Position numbers and translations under genes: made by a program. The notes beneath the pieces are model-generated. The model was given only the letters and a program-made list of their open reading frames with translations, did no database searches and was not told where the DNA came from. A DNA stretch of 64,000 bases from Octopus vulgaris (lineage: Eukaryota): positions 115,878,001 to 115,942,000 of the forward strand of contig OX597823.1 in the NCBI GenBank assembly GCA_951406725.2, in the 5' to 3' direction. Of this stretch, positions 27,981 through 41,755 are shown one piece after another. Position 1 is the stretch's first letter. Each line of letters opens with the position of its first letter.

Positions 27981-28790
27981 ACTCCCTCTTCATTATGACT
28001 ACAGACCCATTCTGTCATTACTAATTCTTCCTGTTAGACGCTGTCAATGATTGTCCCCTCTCTCCCCCCAAACTCTTTCTCTCTCTCTCTCACACATTCC
28101 ATGATATCATCAGAAACTAATCATTCAAATGGCAATGAGCAGCAATGATGCTAATCCTCTCGACTGTCACAAATATTACAGGATGTTTTATGATGCTCAT
28201 TATGAATGTGATTTATTGAATAAAAGAATGGATTCTTATTGACTCACTTAGTATTTCTTACAATAATTTGATTGATATGACAGTTACCAAAGTCAGCGCA
28301 ACTTTATTACACGTACAGATGATAGTATTAATACAAATCTCTATTTCACTAATTGCTCCAGTACTTATCTTTCGAATTATTCTCTTGAACTTCATATCCG
28401 TTTTCAACTTTCCTTTCGTTTTCCTTCAGCTTTCTTCCACTCATTAATTAAATACACTGAAGTTACCGATTCACTTATTTTTTCTTTTTTTTTTTCTATG
28501 CAGAGCAAATTATTTCAATGAATTATTTTGTTTGAAATTATTAGTAAAAACAAGTTGTAAATGAACGACTATGTGCTTATTATTTCACAAATATATTATT
28601 GGCTTCTAAAAATATGTTCACTTTTCACTCTTGAATATTCATAGGAGTTAATTATAGCCTCGTCAACATAGCAGCTTAAGATGTTTTTTTAATAAATCAT
28701 TTTACATTTTTTGTATAACATTTCAGTTTTATTTTATGTGCATATATCTATTTATGCATAATCTTTGTATATTTTGCTATATGTATATGT

Positions 28791-28821
<31 letters not shown>

Positions 28822-28928
28822 TATATATTATATTATATATTATATATATAATATATTATATATATTATATAGGTATATACATATATATTATATAGATATA
28901 TACATATATATATATTATATATATTATA

Positions 28929-28966
<38 letters not shown>

Positions 28967-29023
28967 CGGTAAGATAACAAAAGAAAGAAAGAGACCTCAA
29001 TATTATGTAAATAGAGGAAATTT

Positions 29024-29216
29024 ATTTGTAAAATAATATGTTACAATTACTCAATAGTCAAGATAAAACTCTGAGTTCGGATTCCGAGGTGGAAATCCAC
29101 AACACCATCTCTTCGGTTATCTGGCCATCCAGATGGTGTTGTGGATTTCCACCTCGAATCCGAACTCAGAGTTTTATCTTGACTATTGAGTAATTGTCAC
29201 ATATTATTTTACAGAT
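29024..29216. repeat. Long inverted repeat (about 86-bp arms, 20-nt spacer) between (TA)n tracts
   Basis: 29024-29110 is the reverse complement of 29131-29216 with about 3 differences. Confidence 0.92.
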
Positions 29217-29346
29217 ATATATATATAGATATATATACATATATATATGTGTGTGTGTATGTGTGTGTGCAAGATGTATATTCTTAAAATATAGTAGTGT
29301 ATCAATTTACATACGGAAATATATTTATTTAAGTTCATCATCATTT

Positions 29347-29473
29347 TGTTATAGTTGTTATAGTTGTTATAGTTGTTATAGTTGTTATAGTTGTTATAGT
29401 TGTTATAGTTGTTATAGTTGTTATAGTTGTTATAGTTGTTATAGTTGTTATAGTTGTTATAGTTGTTATAGTT
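29347..29473 (+). repeat. Perfect 9-mer tandem repeat (TGTTATAGT)n, about 14 units
   Basis: Directly visible. Confidence 0.95.
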
Positions 29474-30419
29474 GGTATTAAAACAATGAATTCTGACTTT
29501 TGCTTTGCTTCTGCAAAATTATTGCTGCTAATAAAAGTTACTTCTTATTCAGGCACAAAGCCAGCAATTTTGTTTGAGATAAAGAGTTTAGTTGATTACT
29601 TCAACCCATTGCAAATTGCTGACTCAACATTGGAAGGATGAAAGGTAATGTTGATCTCAGTAGGAATTGAACTGAGAATGTAAAGTGCCAGAAGAACTGT
29701 TGCAAAGTATTTTGTGTGAATACTTTAAGGATTCAGCAAATCTACAGCTCTGATAATAATAATAATAATAATAATGATTAATAATAATAATAATTAATGA
29801 TAATAATAATTAATAATAATTAATAATAATAATTAATAATAATAATAATTAATAATAATAATTAATAATAATAATAATAGTAATAATAATAATAACAATA
29901 ACAATAATACAGTGGCTCTCATGGCTTCTGATCTTAACTGATTGGAAGTGTTATGTACATTGTTTTGTCTTGGTATAAAAGATGGGCTACAGCAAATATT
30001 TTCCTCAATACCACAGACTTGCTTGTCAGTTGTTTGACCTTAACTAGTTGAGCATGTCCCTAAGTGGCTGATGATATGTGCATCTCTGATCACGAGCAGA
30101 AGTAGTGGGGTAGCATCATAGCCATATGGTGAAAGGAATTCTTAGAAGTTTGGAGAATTCACCTTTGGAAACATGGGTGTTTCATTCATCATCCTTAAAC
30201 AAATCAGAGACCTTTTGAGTGGGATGGGTTACATGGCTTGAAGAAAATTCTGAGCCAAACTAGCAAGCTATTTATCTTGATATAGGATCATCATGTTGCG
30301 TACATATGGTTGTGATGCATGTATCTGGTATACCCTTATCAGACAGGTAGTCATGATGGGTATATTGGGCATCATATATTTGTACCCTAGTATTACTTTG
30401 ATGTGCAAGTCTATCACTC

Positions 30420-30465
<46 letters not shown>

Positions 30466-30659
30466 GTAATAATAATAATAATAAGAAGAAGAAGAAGAAG
30501 AAGAAGAAGAATGACGACGACGACGACGACGACGACGATAACAGCAGCAATGGCAGCCACAACAACAACAGCAATTACTACAAAAAGCAATAACATTTGT
30601 AGCAAAATCAATTGGCTGCTATATATGAATGATTTGAAGTGTTATTCATAAAATGTGTA

Positions 30660-31980
30660 CCAGAACTGGTCAATCTTGACCACTCTAGCCCAGTCTATGT
30701 GGATTTTTTTCAAATGATATGAAGTTGGAGTTTGAACTTTCAAATTGTGCTGTGATGAGGTGAGGTGAGGGAAGTTTGTCAGAATGGAAGGTATATGTAT
30801 ACCAAGTAATGAAATGATAAAAAACTATTGATCCTGAATCTGGAAATTAATCCCTGGGAATACAAGAGGAAGATGGGAGTAAGCATAATGATGCGAAAAA
30901 GAAAAAGACTAAGAAACAGTATCTGCAGCAATTGAAGAAGCTATTAGATTCAAAGTTGAATGCCAGGGATATGATTTTGGCATCACACACAGGAGCAGAA
31001 TTTGAGTATGGTGCTGGAATTCTGAACTGGAAAGATGATCTAAGGGGGTTGGACAGGAGGATGAGGAAAGCTTCTAACCATATATCCATTTCTTTACTGC
31101 CCACAAGGGGCTATACACAGAGGGGACAAGCAAAGACAGACAAACGGATTAAGTCGATTACATCGATCCCATTGCGTAACTGGTACTTATTTAATCGACC
31201 CTGAAAGGATGAAAGGCAAAGTTGACCTCGGCGGAATTTGAACTCAGAACGTAGCAGCAGACGAAATACCTATTTCTTTACTACACACAAGGGGCTAAAC
31301 ACAGAGAGGACGAACAAGTACAGACAAAGGGATTAAGTTGATTATATCGACCCCAGTACGTAACTGGTACTTATTTAATCAACCCCGAAAGGATGAAAGG
31401 CAAAGTCAACCTCAGCGGAATTTGAACTCAGAACATAGCGGCAGTCGAAATACCACTAAGCTTTTCTTCCGGCGTGCTAACGATTCTGCCAATAAAACCC
31501 ACCATCCTCATACAGATATTGATTGTCTACACATGAAGAGAGTAAATGGAGGAAGGGCACTGATAAATGTGAAAGACTGCATACATACTGAATATGGGGA
31601 CTTGCTGAGATATCTAACCCAAAGTGAGGAAACCTTGCTACTGACAGTTCAAGAAGAGGGCATATTGAAAGCAGAACTAATACCAAAGAAACTGAAAAAT
31701 TGAGAAATATCAGGATGTAGCCAGAGAACTGAGGAAACTAGAAAACCAAGACAACAATTATTCCTGTAGAAATTGGTGCACGTGGCATAACACCCAAAAT
31801 GTTACCTAAAAGACTGAAAGAGATTGGAACTGAAACTTGCAACTTGTATTGTTGACCTTCAGAAAAGTATATTCTTCGAGAGTCCTCAGAAAAAATCTTG
31901 AGATTTAAGGAGATTTATTGTCACCAAATATCAAGAAAAAATACCTGCTAAATAAATTAGTATGCACTAACATAATAATA
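30660..31980 (+). mobile_element. R4/Dong-like RLE LINE remnant, internally deleted and split by a family B SINE dimer (31085-31490,-)
   Basis: LKKLLDSKLNA.., HHPHTDIDCLHMKRVNGGRALI (HPxxDxDRLYxxRxxGGRGL pattern) and KYQDVAREL..IIPVEIGARG; ends in (TAA)n. Confidence 0.75.
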
Positions 31981-32786
31981 ATGATAATTCTTTCTACTAT
32001 GGGCAGAAGGCCTGAAATTTGGAGGAGGGGGTAAGTCAATTACATTGACCCCAGTACTCAACTAGTAGTTATTTTATTGACCCCAAAAAGATGAAAGGCA
32101 AAGTTAACCTCGGTGGAATTTGGATTCAGAACATGAAGGTGGACGAAATACCACTAGGCATTTCACCCAGAATGCTAACAATTCTCCTAGCTCACTGCCT
32201 TCATAACAACAACAACAATAATAATAATAAAACTAATAATAATAATAATAATAATAATAGTAAGGGACAGCTAGGATACTAAGGAGGTTCCTTGGCATTC
32301 AAGATTAATTGTTGTAGCCTGATGTTAGGATTTTTCTTTTCCAACAGTCTAATCCGTTGTGTGTATAGGAATAATGATAATAGAAATACACTACACACTT
32401 GGTGTACAGCAAAAACGTCTGTATTTGGAACTGCACCCATACTACATAATGTAGCATCTTTCTGAGGTCCTTGTTGCGACTTGAAAAACAACGCAAATCC
32501 TTAGTGAATACGTCTTCAATCTACAACCTCACAATAATGGATACTCTGTGACATCTTCAATAATAATGACAATAATCCTTTCTACAATAGGCACAAGGCC
32601 TGAAATTTTGTGGAAGGGGATAAATCGATTTCATTAACCCCAATGCATGACTGGTGCTTTTTTTCATCAGCTTTAAGAGAATGAAATGCAACGTTGACTT
32701 CGGCAGAATTTGAACTCAGAACATAAAAACAAACTAAATGCCACTAAACATTTTTTTCCATTGTACTGATGGTTTTGCTATTTCAC

Positions 32787-32822
<36 letters not shown>

Positions 32823-33576
32823 TATTGAAATAGATAGAAAAAACTGTAAGTTAATAAAATGTTTATGAAAATACACTGAATTTTGAAAGGTTGTCAAACA
32901 ATTGGAAAAGTCATGATTCTGTTCTGTCAGCACTACTACACACCTTACAAGTCTTCCATTATGTTCTGGTACCGAGTTCAGATCTGCCTCTGGGCATGCA
33001 GAATACAACGTGAAACCATATGAGTGCTGTAGTCTTCTGTAAATAATCCAGTTTGCTGCTTCATTTACAAGGTCTTCCTCCCCCCCTTGCAGTATCTCAT
33101 CTCTCTCTCTCTGTCTCATTCATTCCATCACTCATGCAAGCAACATCATCTTGTTTGTATAAATACAGGCACACACACATCTAACCAATTTTATAATCTA
33201 TGAATGATAGCAGTTTATTCTTTAGAATAATGAGATAATTTATCTTCATAACCACTTGTGCTATAAACGCCACTGTTTTCGTAATTTTTGTTGTCAGAAC
33301 CACCCCTAACACCAACATAATAATTTAGTCAATACTGCAGATTATGCACACAAATACCCACCAAAATATTTAACCAGTATTTAAGTAATCTATACATTAA
33401 CTGGTAATACTCACCAATCTTGGTTCACCATTTAATAGAAAGAATGATGATTTCTGATGAGTATAATCAAATCTAGTTGTAATACAATGATGGTATGTGC
33501 ATATGTAAATAGAAATTACATTAGTTATGCAGTATTTTCATAACTAGACAGAAATTTCAATAATTGTATAGTATAA

Positions 33577-33611
<35 letters not shown>

Positions 33612-33781
33612 GAAAGAGAGAGAGAGATTACAGAAGTTATACAGTATACGTGTGTATGTAAAGATTACACTAGCTATAGTGTATGTATGTATGTATGTAT
33701 GTATGCATATATATGTATGTATTGGCTACGTTCGGATGGTGCTTTTTACATGCCACCGGCACAGGTATTACAACTACAATT

Positions 33782-33824
<43 letters not shown>

Positions 33825-33844
33825 TTATATATATATACATACTT

Positions 33845-34060
33845 GGAATTTACAAAAAACAAAAAAAACAAAGATGGGTGTGTAAACAACAAACAGATGT
33901 ATTAGTTTCACGTTTGGGAAATGAGAAAGTCTTTTACATTTCGAGCCTATGCTCTTCAGCAGAAAGTATCACAGAAATAAGCAGAGAGAGAAAATGAAAA
34001 ATGGTTTAGTGGCTAGCGATCAATCATGGCGAATGCCAGACAGAGGTGGTCAGAAAGGAG
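33845..34060 (-). mobile_element. Family P Penelope-associated terminal repeat
   Basis: Reverse complement of the 24410-24586 repeat, embedded in (TA)n. Confidence 0.7.
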
Positions 34061-34168
34061 AGCTAGGAAGAAGAGGAGATAAAAAAAGTAGTGATGATCC
34101 CAAAACAAAGGTGGGCGTGTGTACATATATATATATATATATACATACATATATATATATATGTATAA

Positions 34169-34213
<45 letters not shown>

Positions 34214-34287
34214 GTGTGTGTGTGTGTGTGTGTATGTATATATATATATCATCATCATCATTGTTTAACGTCCGCTTTCCATGCTAG

Positions 34288-34362
<75 letters not shown>

Positions 34363-34694
34363 CATCATTAGACTGTGGTCATGCTGGGGCACTGCCTTGA
34401 AGAATTTTTACTTGAATGAATTAACCTCAGTACTTAACTTTTTATAAAGTTGATATTTATTCTATTGGTCTCTTTTGCTGAACCACAAAGTTACAGGGAT
34501 ATAAACACACCAACATCATATTTAAGAGATGAGGAATTATGTACATTATTTACATTATATACAATTGACGGATATTTGTCCTCATCTTGTTTGTTGTTAA
34601 TATAATATTTCGGCTGATATACCCTCCAGCCTTCATCAAGTGTCTTGGAAAATTTCAAACCTGGGTTCTCATTCCTAAGGTATTTTTCGATGTT

Positions 34695-35432
34695 GTTATT
34701 ATTATTATTATTCAGTAGTTTTATTTTTATAGCATGCTTTCACTTCACTACTGAGCACAGCTCTGTGTGTCTTGGGTTTGTGCTGTGTTTTGTTGTGATG
34801 CTCTTATGGTTACTGTATTGAGAGTGCTTTGCGTAGGATGTGTGCAGTGCCCAGTAGTGCAAGTTTTTGTATGTTATATATATTTGTAAGTCCTGGTGTT
34901 TTTGTTATGTATTTGTCTGAATATTTTTTTATCATACCTAATGCGCCTACTATGATAGGAATTGTTTCTGTTTTTAGATTCCATATTCAAGTTACCTCTA
35001 TTTCCAGGTCTTTGTATTTTGAAAGTTTCTCCATTTCTTTTAGAGAAACATTGTAATCTGCTGGAATTGATACATCAATTAGAAAGCATTTTTTCTTCAT
35101 GATCTCTGACAACTATATCTGGTCTGTTGGCCTTAATTTCTCTATCTGTGTGTATCGGCATATCCCAGAGTATGGTTGATTTCTCATTTTCTGTGACCTT
35201 TTCTGGCATGTACTTATACCACTTTTTTCTGTTGTTATTCCATAGTGTTGGCATAGCTTCCAGTGTATGGAGGTCCCAACTCTGTCGTGTCTGTGAATAT
35301 ATTCCTTCCTAGCCAGGACTGGGCAGCCAGAGATAATATGATTTATTGTTTCTTGTCCATCTCCACATATTCTGCAGTTACTTGTTATGTTTCTTTTCAT
35401 TATATGTTTTTGGTAATTTCTGGTGGGGAGGC
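34695..35432 (-). mobile_element. R4/Dong-like RLE LINE 3' end with (AAT)n tail
   Basis: CCHC knuckle CRICGDGQETINHIISGC..YIHRHD, then ANRPDI in a shifted frame, and C-terminus IQKLALLGTAHILRKALSIQ*; 3'UTR and AAT repeats follow. Confidence 0.85.
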
Positions 35433-36482
35433 TTAGAGATACAAAAATATTGAACATCTTTGTCATGACTTCAAAACTACTTAGCTAATATATGCCTACC
35501 ATTCTATCAATACCCTGTTATTCACCTTTATATGCTAAACCCTTCAAGACCCTCTCTGTGTGTTATTCAAAGTGAAGAAACACCCCTTGTATTCATCATT
35601 ATAATTTTGTCTATTTTATAATTTTTATGGTTTTTTAAATTTTTTCTACCTTTTTGGCAAGGGTTGTAGTAGAGGAAGTCTTCTTGTGCTGTTTGCCTTT
35701 TCACTTGTTACAGTTTCATGTCAATATGTCAATAAGCACCCACTACACTCTCGGAGTGGTTGGTGTTAGGAAGGGCATCCAGCTGTAGAAACTCTGCCAA
35801 ATCAAGATTGGAGCCTGGTGCAGCCATCTGGTTTGCCAGCCCTCAGTCAAAATCGTCCAACCTGTGCTAGCATGGAAAGCAGACGTTAAACGATGATGAT
35901 GATGATGATGTCCATGAAATCAGCACTCTCCATTTCTTCACACAACTTTCTCAGTCCTTCTCTTCTACTACCTTATTCTATTTTGCTTCTTTGGCTCCTC
36001 TTCCACCCACCATTATTCATAACCATCAGATGTTTGTGCTTGTGCAGTCCCTTCTCTCTTCCTACCTTTTTGGCTAATTTCTGTAATGCTTATTTCTTCT
36101 TTCAGCTAATCTATGCTCAGCCATTCATACACAATAACATGACACATCCAATGGAACACGCTCACCTCGTTTCTTCACTGCACCTGTGCATTCTCTGCAT
36201 TCATGTTATAAAATTATGTTCCAAGCGCCAATTCAATATTCTAATGAACAAACATGTTACATTAAACATTTCCCAAATCTCCATTATTTAACAAAGAATT
36301 TAATTGGGAAATGTTCTCTTTCTGATATATGGCCAGTAAAAGATTGAAACATAAAGACTCAAATTAAAACAGTCAGCTGTGATTATCTCTACTAATATTT
36401 TGATGGTAATTAATAGTAATTATACAATTATTTAGCTTTGGATGATAAATTTTATGTGAATTAAAATATCCAAGATATATTT

Positions 36483-36715
36483 GGCGGCAAGCTGGCAGAA
36501 ACATTAGCACACAGGGCAAAATGCTTAGCGGTATTTTGTCTGCCGCCACATTGTGAGTTCAAATTCCGCTGAGGTCAACTTTGCCTTTCATCCTTTCGGG
36601 GTCGATTAAATAAGTACCAGTTATGCACTAGGGTCGATGTAATCGACTTAATCCGTGTGTCTGTCCTTGTTTGTCCCCTCTGTGTTTAGTCCCTTGTGGG
36701 TAGTAAAGAAATAGA
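36483..36715 (+). mobile_element. SINE family B, full length
   Basis: Full family B match. Confidence 0.85.
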
Positions 36716-37093
36716 TATATTTGAGAGTGGCACAGTTTGCCATTTAAGTTTGGTACTTCAGCAATTTTCTTTGAAGATAGTTTTAGTATCCACTTTTAGA
36801 TTTGACTACAGGTCACGAAAGAATAAAATCAAGTAAATTGCTTATTTCTCTTCCACAGTGAAAAATCTTTCAGGAATAATTAGAAGAGAAGTAAAAGTGT
36901 AGAAACTTTAAAGTGCTTTACAGTATTTGTGAGTTTTGCTGCAAGTTTTCCAACCCATCTTAGAATACTTTAGGAAAATAAAAATAAGAAATAAGTGGAA
37001 ATTTTACCAGTGAGTGTGTTACATTATAAGGCACAAAAAGAAAATGACCCTCCCCAGACACAACAATAAATATGACAGTTATTCAGTTATTCA

Positions 37094-37480
37094 GGCATAG
37101 GAGTGGCTGTGTGGTAAGTAGCTTACTTAACAACCACATGGTTCCGGGTTCAGTCCCACTGCGTGACACCTTAGGCAAGTGTCTTCTACTATAGCCTTGG
37201 GCCGACCAAAGCCTTGTGAGTGGATTTAGTAGACAGAAACTGAAAGAAGCCCATCGTATATATGTATATATGTGTGTATTTGTGTGTCTGTTTGTCCCCT
37301 CAACATCGCTTGACAACCGATGCTGGTGTGTTTACGTCCCTGTAACACGGTGGTTCAGCAAAAGAGACCGATAGAATAAGTACTAGGCTTATAAAGAATA
37401 AGTCCTGAGGTCAATTTGCTTGACTAAAAGCAGTGCTCCAGCATGGTCACAGTCAAATGACTGGAACAAGTAAAAGAGTA
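37094..37480 (+). mobile_element. SINE family A
   Basis: Full family A match. Confidence 0.85.
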
Positions 37481-37766
37481 AGAAAATAATCGATGTTATA
37501 AGTCTGTAATTTGTTTTAAACTTGGATGCGGTGACTACGCTGACGACTTTGAAATATTTGGTTCCCTTATCTTGTATCACAAGGCATGATTTTTTCTTTT
37601 ACTTGTTTCAGTTATTGGACTGCAGCCATACTATAGAACTGCCTAGAAGGGTTTTTAGATGAACGAGTTGACCCCAGTGCTTATTTTTAAGCCTGGTAAT
37701 TAGTTGATCAGTCTCTTTTGTCAAGCCACTTATTTGGAGGTTGTAAACAAACCAACACCAGTTGTC

Positions 37767-38150
37767 AGGTGGTTATTCGTCAAACGTTTCAACCAACGCC
37801 ACTTCAACATCCCCGTCTGAAGGAAGTCTTCATGAAAAAGCTGGATGAAAGAACCAAAGCAGCCCTCTCGAAGGCAGACTTCACAGACATGATACACTTC
37901 CGTAGTGGTGGTCATCATCCTGCACTCAGGCAGTGGCAAAAGATGGCAGGATGCAGCAACACAGATCAATGCAGACTCTGTAATGAGGAGGTGGAATCTG
38001 CAGAACATCTCTGGCTGAGATGTCTGGCCCTGGTGGTGGAACGCTATATTCGCCAACTAGGGGCTACAATGGCCGAGATGATTTGTCTCCCTTACACGGC
38101 TCTAGCACTTCTGAGAGTTATCCTCAGGGGCTTGAGGTGACCAACAACAA
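37767..38150 (+). mobile_element. 5'-truncated LINE 3' end (CCHC knuckle) with (CAA)n tail and 14-bp TSD, inserted in an old SINE
   Basis: FRSGGHH..CRLCNEEVESAEHLWLRC, then a stop and (CAA)n; TSD CAACACCAGTTGTC at 37753-37766 and 38151-38164. Confidence 0.82.
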
Positions 38151-38214
38151 CAACACCAGTTGTCTAGTCATGGTTGAGAAGAAAAGCAGGCAATCACAAT
38201 AATATATACATATC

Positions 38215-38553
38215 TGAGACCCCCTTCGGTCATGACACAGACCATGGGATTGCACCTAGAAAGTTACCCTCCCAGGCACAAGTCCGGGTAAGGTTGTTTA
38301 TGGAAGACCAGCAGTCACCCATACATACCGGTGTTATGTCACCCATGCCACCAGTGTTATCCAAAGGAAAGGCAACGGCCGACACAGCTTGGCACCAGTG
38401 ACATTGCAACTCATTTCTACAGCTGAGTAAACTGGAGCAACATGAAATAAAGTGTCTTGCTCAAGAACACAACATGCGGCCCGGTCTGGAATTCGAGCTC
38501 ACAACCTCACAATCGTAAGCTCGATGCTCTAACCACTGAGCCATGCACCTTCA
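38215..38553 (-). mobile_element. tRNA-derived SINE with LINE-like 3' part
   Basis: Minus-strand head TGGCTCAGTGG (box A) and TTCGAATTCC-like box B; the tgtgttcttgagcaagacac core is shared with 3417-3649 and 60330-60560. Confidence 0.7.
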
Positions 38554-39095
38554 CTTTATACAATATATATACATATACATATATATATAAATCTCTCTCT
38601 CTCTCTATCTATCTACCTATACATACAAACATACAACCATACACATGATGGGCTTCTTTCAGTTTCCAACCAAATCCACTAATAAGGCTTTGATTAGCCT
38701 GAGGTTGTAGTAGAAGACACTTACCCAGAGTGCCACGTAGTGGGACTGAACCAGAAACCCTGTAGATAAGAAGCAAGCGTCTTACAACCCAAACATACCT
38801 GCACTTGATGTTTATGCTTTTAAAAAAAAACTGTATCACTTTGTTGAAATTGTGGAACAATTATTTCAATTTCAACAAAGAACAAAAACAACAAATATTA
38901 ACAAAATTTATCCACTTTGCTAACATTAGAATATTTAAGTTATGGAAACATTTTGGGATTTAGTTCTGTGGTGAAGTAATTCCACTGATTACGGTAGAAT
39001 TCATAGAAGATGATGACATATTTGTGGGAAATTTGGAAATGTTTCTCTGTAGACATGAAATTAAAACTTATTGATACATATTATATAAACACATA

Positions 39096-39700
39096 GGCAC
39101 AGGAGTGGCTGTGTGGTAAGTAGCTTGCTTACCAACCACATGGTTCCGGGTTCAGTCCCACTGTGTAGCATCTTGGGCAAGTGTATTCTGCTATAGCCCT
39201 GGGCCAACCAATGCCTTGTGAGTGGATTTGGTAAATGGAAACTGAAAGAAGCCTGTCGTTAGCTCCTACATGCATTTTTTTTCTCTCCTTGTTTCTCTCC
39301 ATATTTTTTCTGTGTATTTTTCTGTCAAAGAGCGTAGGCTCGAAATGTAAAAGACTTTTTCTATTTCTATTCCTGAACGCTATACTAATACATTTGTTTG
39401 TTTGTACTCCACCTGCCTTCGTCTTTTGTTTATTTTCGTAAACTTTCTATTTATATATTTATATATGGATATGTGTGTGTGTGTATATGTTTGTGTGTCT
39501 GTGTTTGTCCCCCTAGCATTGCTTGACAACCGATGCTGGTGTGTTTACGTCCCCGTCACTTAGCAGTTTGGCAAAAAGGACCGATAGAATAAGTACTGGG
39601 CTTACAAAGAAAACGTCCCGGGGTTGATTTGCTCGACTAAAGGCGGTGCTCCAGCATGGCCACAGTCAAATGACTGAAACAAGTAAAAGAGTAAAAGAGT
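39096..39700 (+). mobile_element. SINE family A with a family P repeat (39270-39450) inserted at its internal microsatellite
   Basis: The two family A halves are colinear around the insert. Confidence 0.8.
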
Positions 39701-39832
39701 ATATATATATATTCACACACTAATGCATGCATGCACATACAACTTATCCAAGAAATAGTTTGAAATAAAATGACAATTCTGTTATATAAAACCTGTCTGT
39801 CTGTTTGTCTGCCTATCTGTGTGTCTGTCTGA

Positions 39833-39874
<42 letters not shown>

Positions 39875-40120
39875 CACATTGTGATTTCTCAGCTGGATCA
39901 TGTGCTGGTTTAATAAGTCATGCTTCTGCTTGTATTCACGTTGCCTTTCGTGGCCTGGGAACTCACATGAGGAGTCACCAGGTGAAGTGAAGGAATTGTA
40001 AACATTGGTGAATGGTAAGAATAGTAATGTGAGCGTTGTTGTTGTTTGTCTGTTTGGCTGCATTTTTCTTCCTGTCTTCTCACTGAACACTCATACATTG
40101 TCTTCAACAGGAAAGTTCAT

Positions 40121-40156
<36 letters not shown>

Positions 40157-40226
40157 GGTCCCGGGTTGAGTCGGGGTTAACCACAGTAAATAAGGTACTC
40201 AATACATAGCAGAGTAAAGTAATTTA

Positions 40227-40314
40227 TTTTATAGAAGGAGCTTCTACAGGACTAGAACTGAAGATTTCATCTGAATGAAACAGTTCTAGTCCTGTAGAAG
40301 CTCGTTCTATAAAA
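40227..40314. repeat. Inverted repeat (34-bp arms, one mismatch, 20-nt spacer) within (TA)n
   Basis: ttttatagaaggagcttctacaggactagaactg / cagttctagtcctgtagaagctcgttctataaaa. Confidence 0.9.
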
Positions 40315-40332
40315 AAAGATATATATATATAC

Positions 40333-40375
<43 letters not shown>

Positions 40376-40591
40376 CATATATATATAATTATACACATAC
40401 ATATATATACATATATATACATACGTATTTATATATATATATATATATTTGCCTGTGGTTCATACACCTGTCTTCATCTTTTGTTTTTCTATAAATTTCA
40501 ACTATATATATATGCATACATACAACATGCATACATACATACATGCATACATATATACATACAAACATATATACATACATACATACATATG

Positions 40592-40622
<31 letters not shown>

Positions 40623-40693
40623 GTATGTATATATATATATATATATGTATGTATATATATGTATATATGTATATATATATATGTATATATATG

Positions 40694-40764
<71 letters not shown>

Positions 40765-41755
40765 CCATAAATCTGCTCCTTCTCAAGTGCTTAGATCAAT
40801 AAAATCTATCAGTGTGATCCCTCCCCTCCACACGTCTTTCCCAACAGTAATACTGCAGGGTTCAACTGTTCAAATGTCATTTGCCTCTATAAAATTTACT
40901 CAGTGTAAATCACATTCATTTCTGCCCCTCTCCAAATTCACATATTCAATCGATGCCTTGATACTTAGAATAAATTATGCATGCCTGAGTAATGCTAATG
41001 CAAGCCTGCTAATTTAGTTCACCACAAACTTGAACAGTTCCTAACTTTTTCAATGGAGCATGGTGTTTATGTGTGTTAGAGAGAAAAGAGTGTGTTGTGT
41101 TTATGAGTGAAATGGCAAGAACACCAGTCCATTCCTACAGTGAGTATTAATACTTTAGCTTTCTAAGAAGTTTAACTCTTTCAAGTCTAGAGCAGCTGGC
41201 GGTCTTCCAAATTTTGTTTACATTGAAATCACTTGAAAATAACTAAATCCCAAATTCTCATTCAATACACTTTGTGTGTCTCCCACTTTAACTTTCTGAA
41301 AGCACTGTTCAGTTAGAACAGCTAAATGCAGTCACCTTCGCAATTTGCCAGAAATTGTGGATTTGAAATGTGAATTTGCTGCCAAAAGCAGGAAAGTTAG
41401 AATAGCTCTATGTTGCAACTCAAGAATTGTTGTTGCCCACAGCTGCAGATTTGAAAGTCTTGATTCATTGATAATAGTAGTGTGGCCTTTATAAGAACTA
41501 TCAAATATACAAATGGTGTGTTGTAGTTAAGGCTATATACGTATATTTACAGTTTGTTACTGTTGTATTTAAAGGGTTTAATAGCAAATTTGCCTTTGAA
41601 AATGTATTGGAAAAACATATAGACTTGTTGAGTGTTTGATACCATCTGGTAAAATTCCAGCCTTTTTCTATAGAACTATCAGTTTGTTCCTATTATTTGT
41701 CAATTCTCTCCCCATACTTTTGTATCTAATTTTCAACCACTTTCATAATGAAGCT

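Noticed and set aside
29347-29473. CYS-repeat protein or telomeric array
   Set aside because: A 9-bp minisatellite; it is not TTAGGG and has no exon signals.
40389-41017. Overlapping YI/IY-rich ORFs (also at 28.7, 33.6, 43.0, 49.1, 51.0 and 59.1 kb)
   Set aside because: These are stop-free (TA)n microsatellite artefacts.
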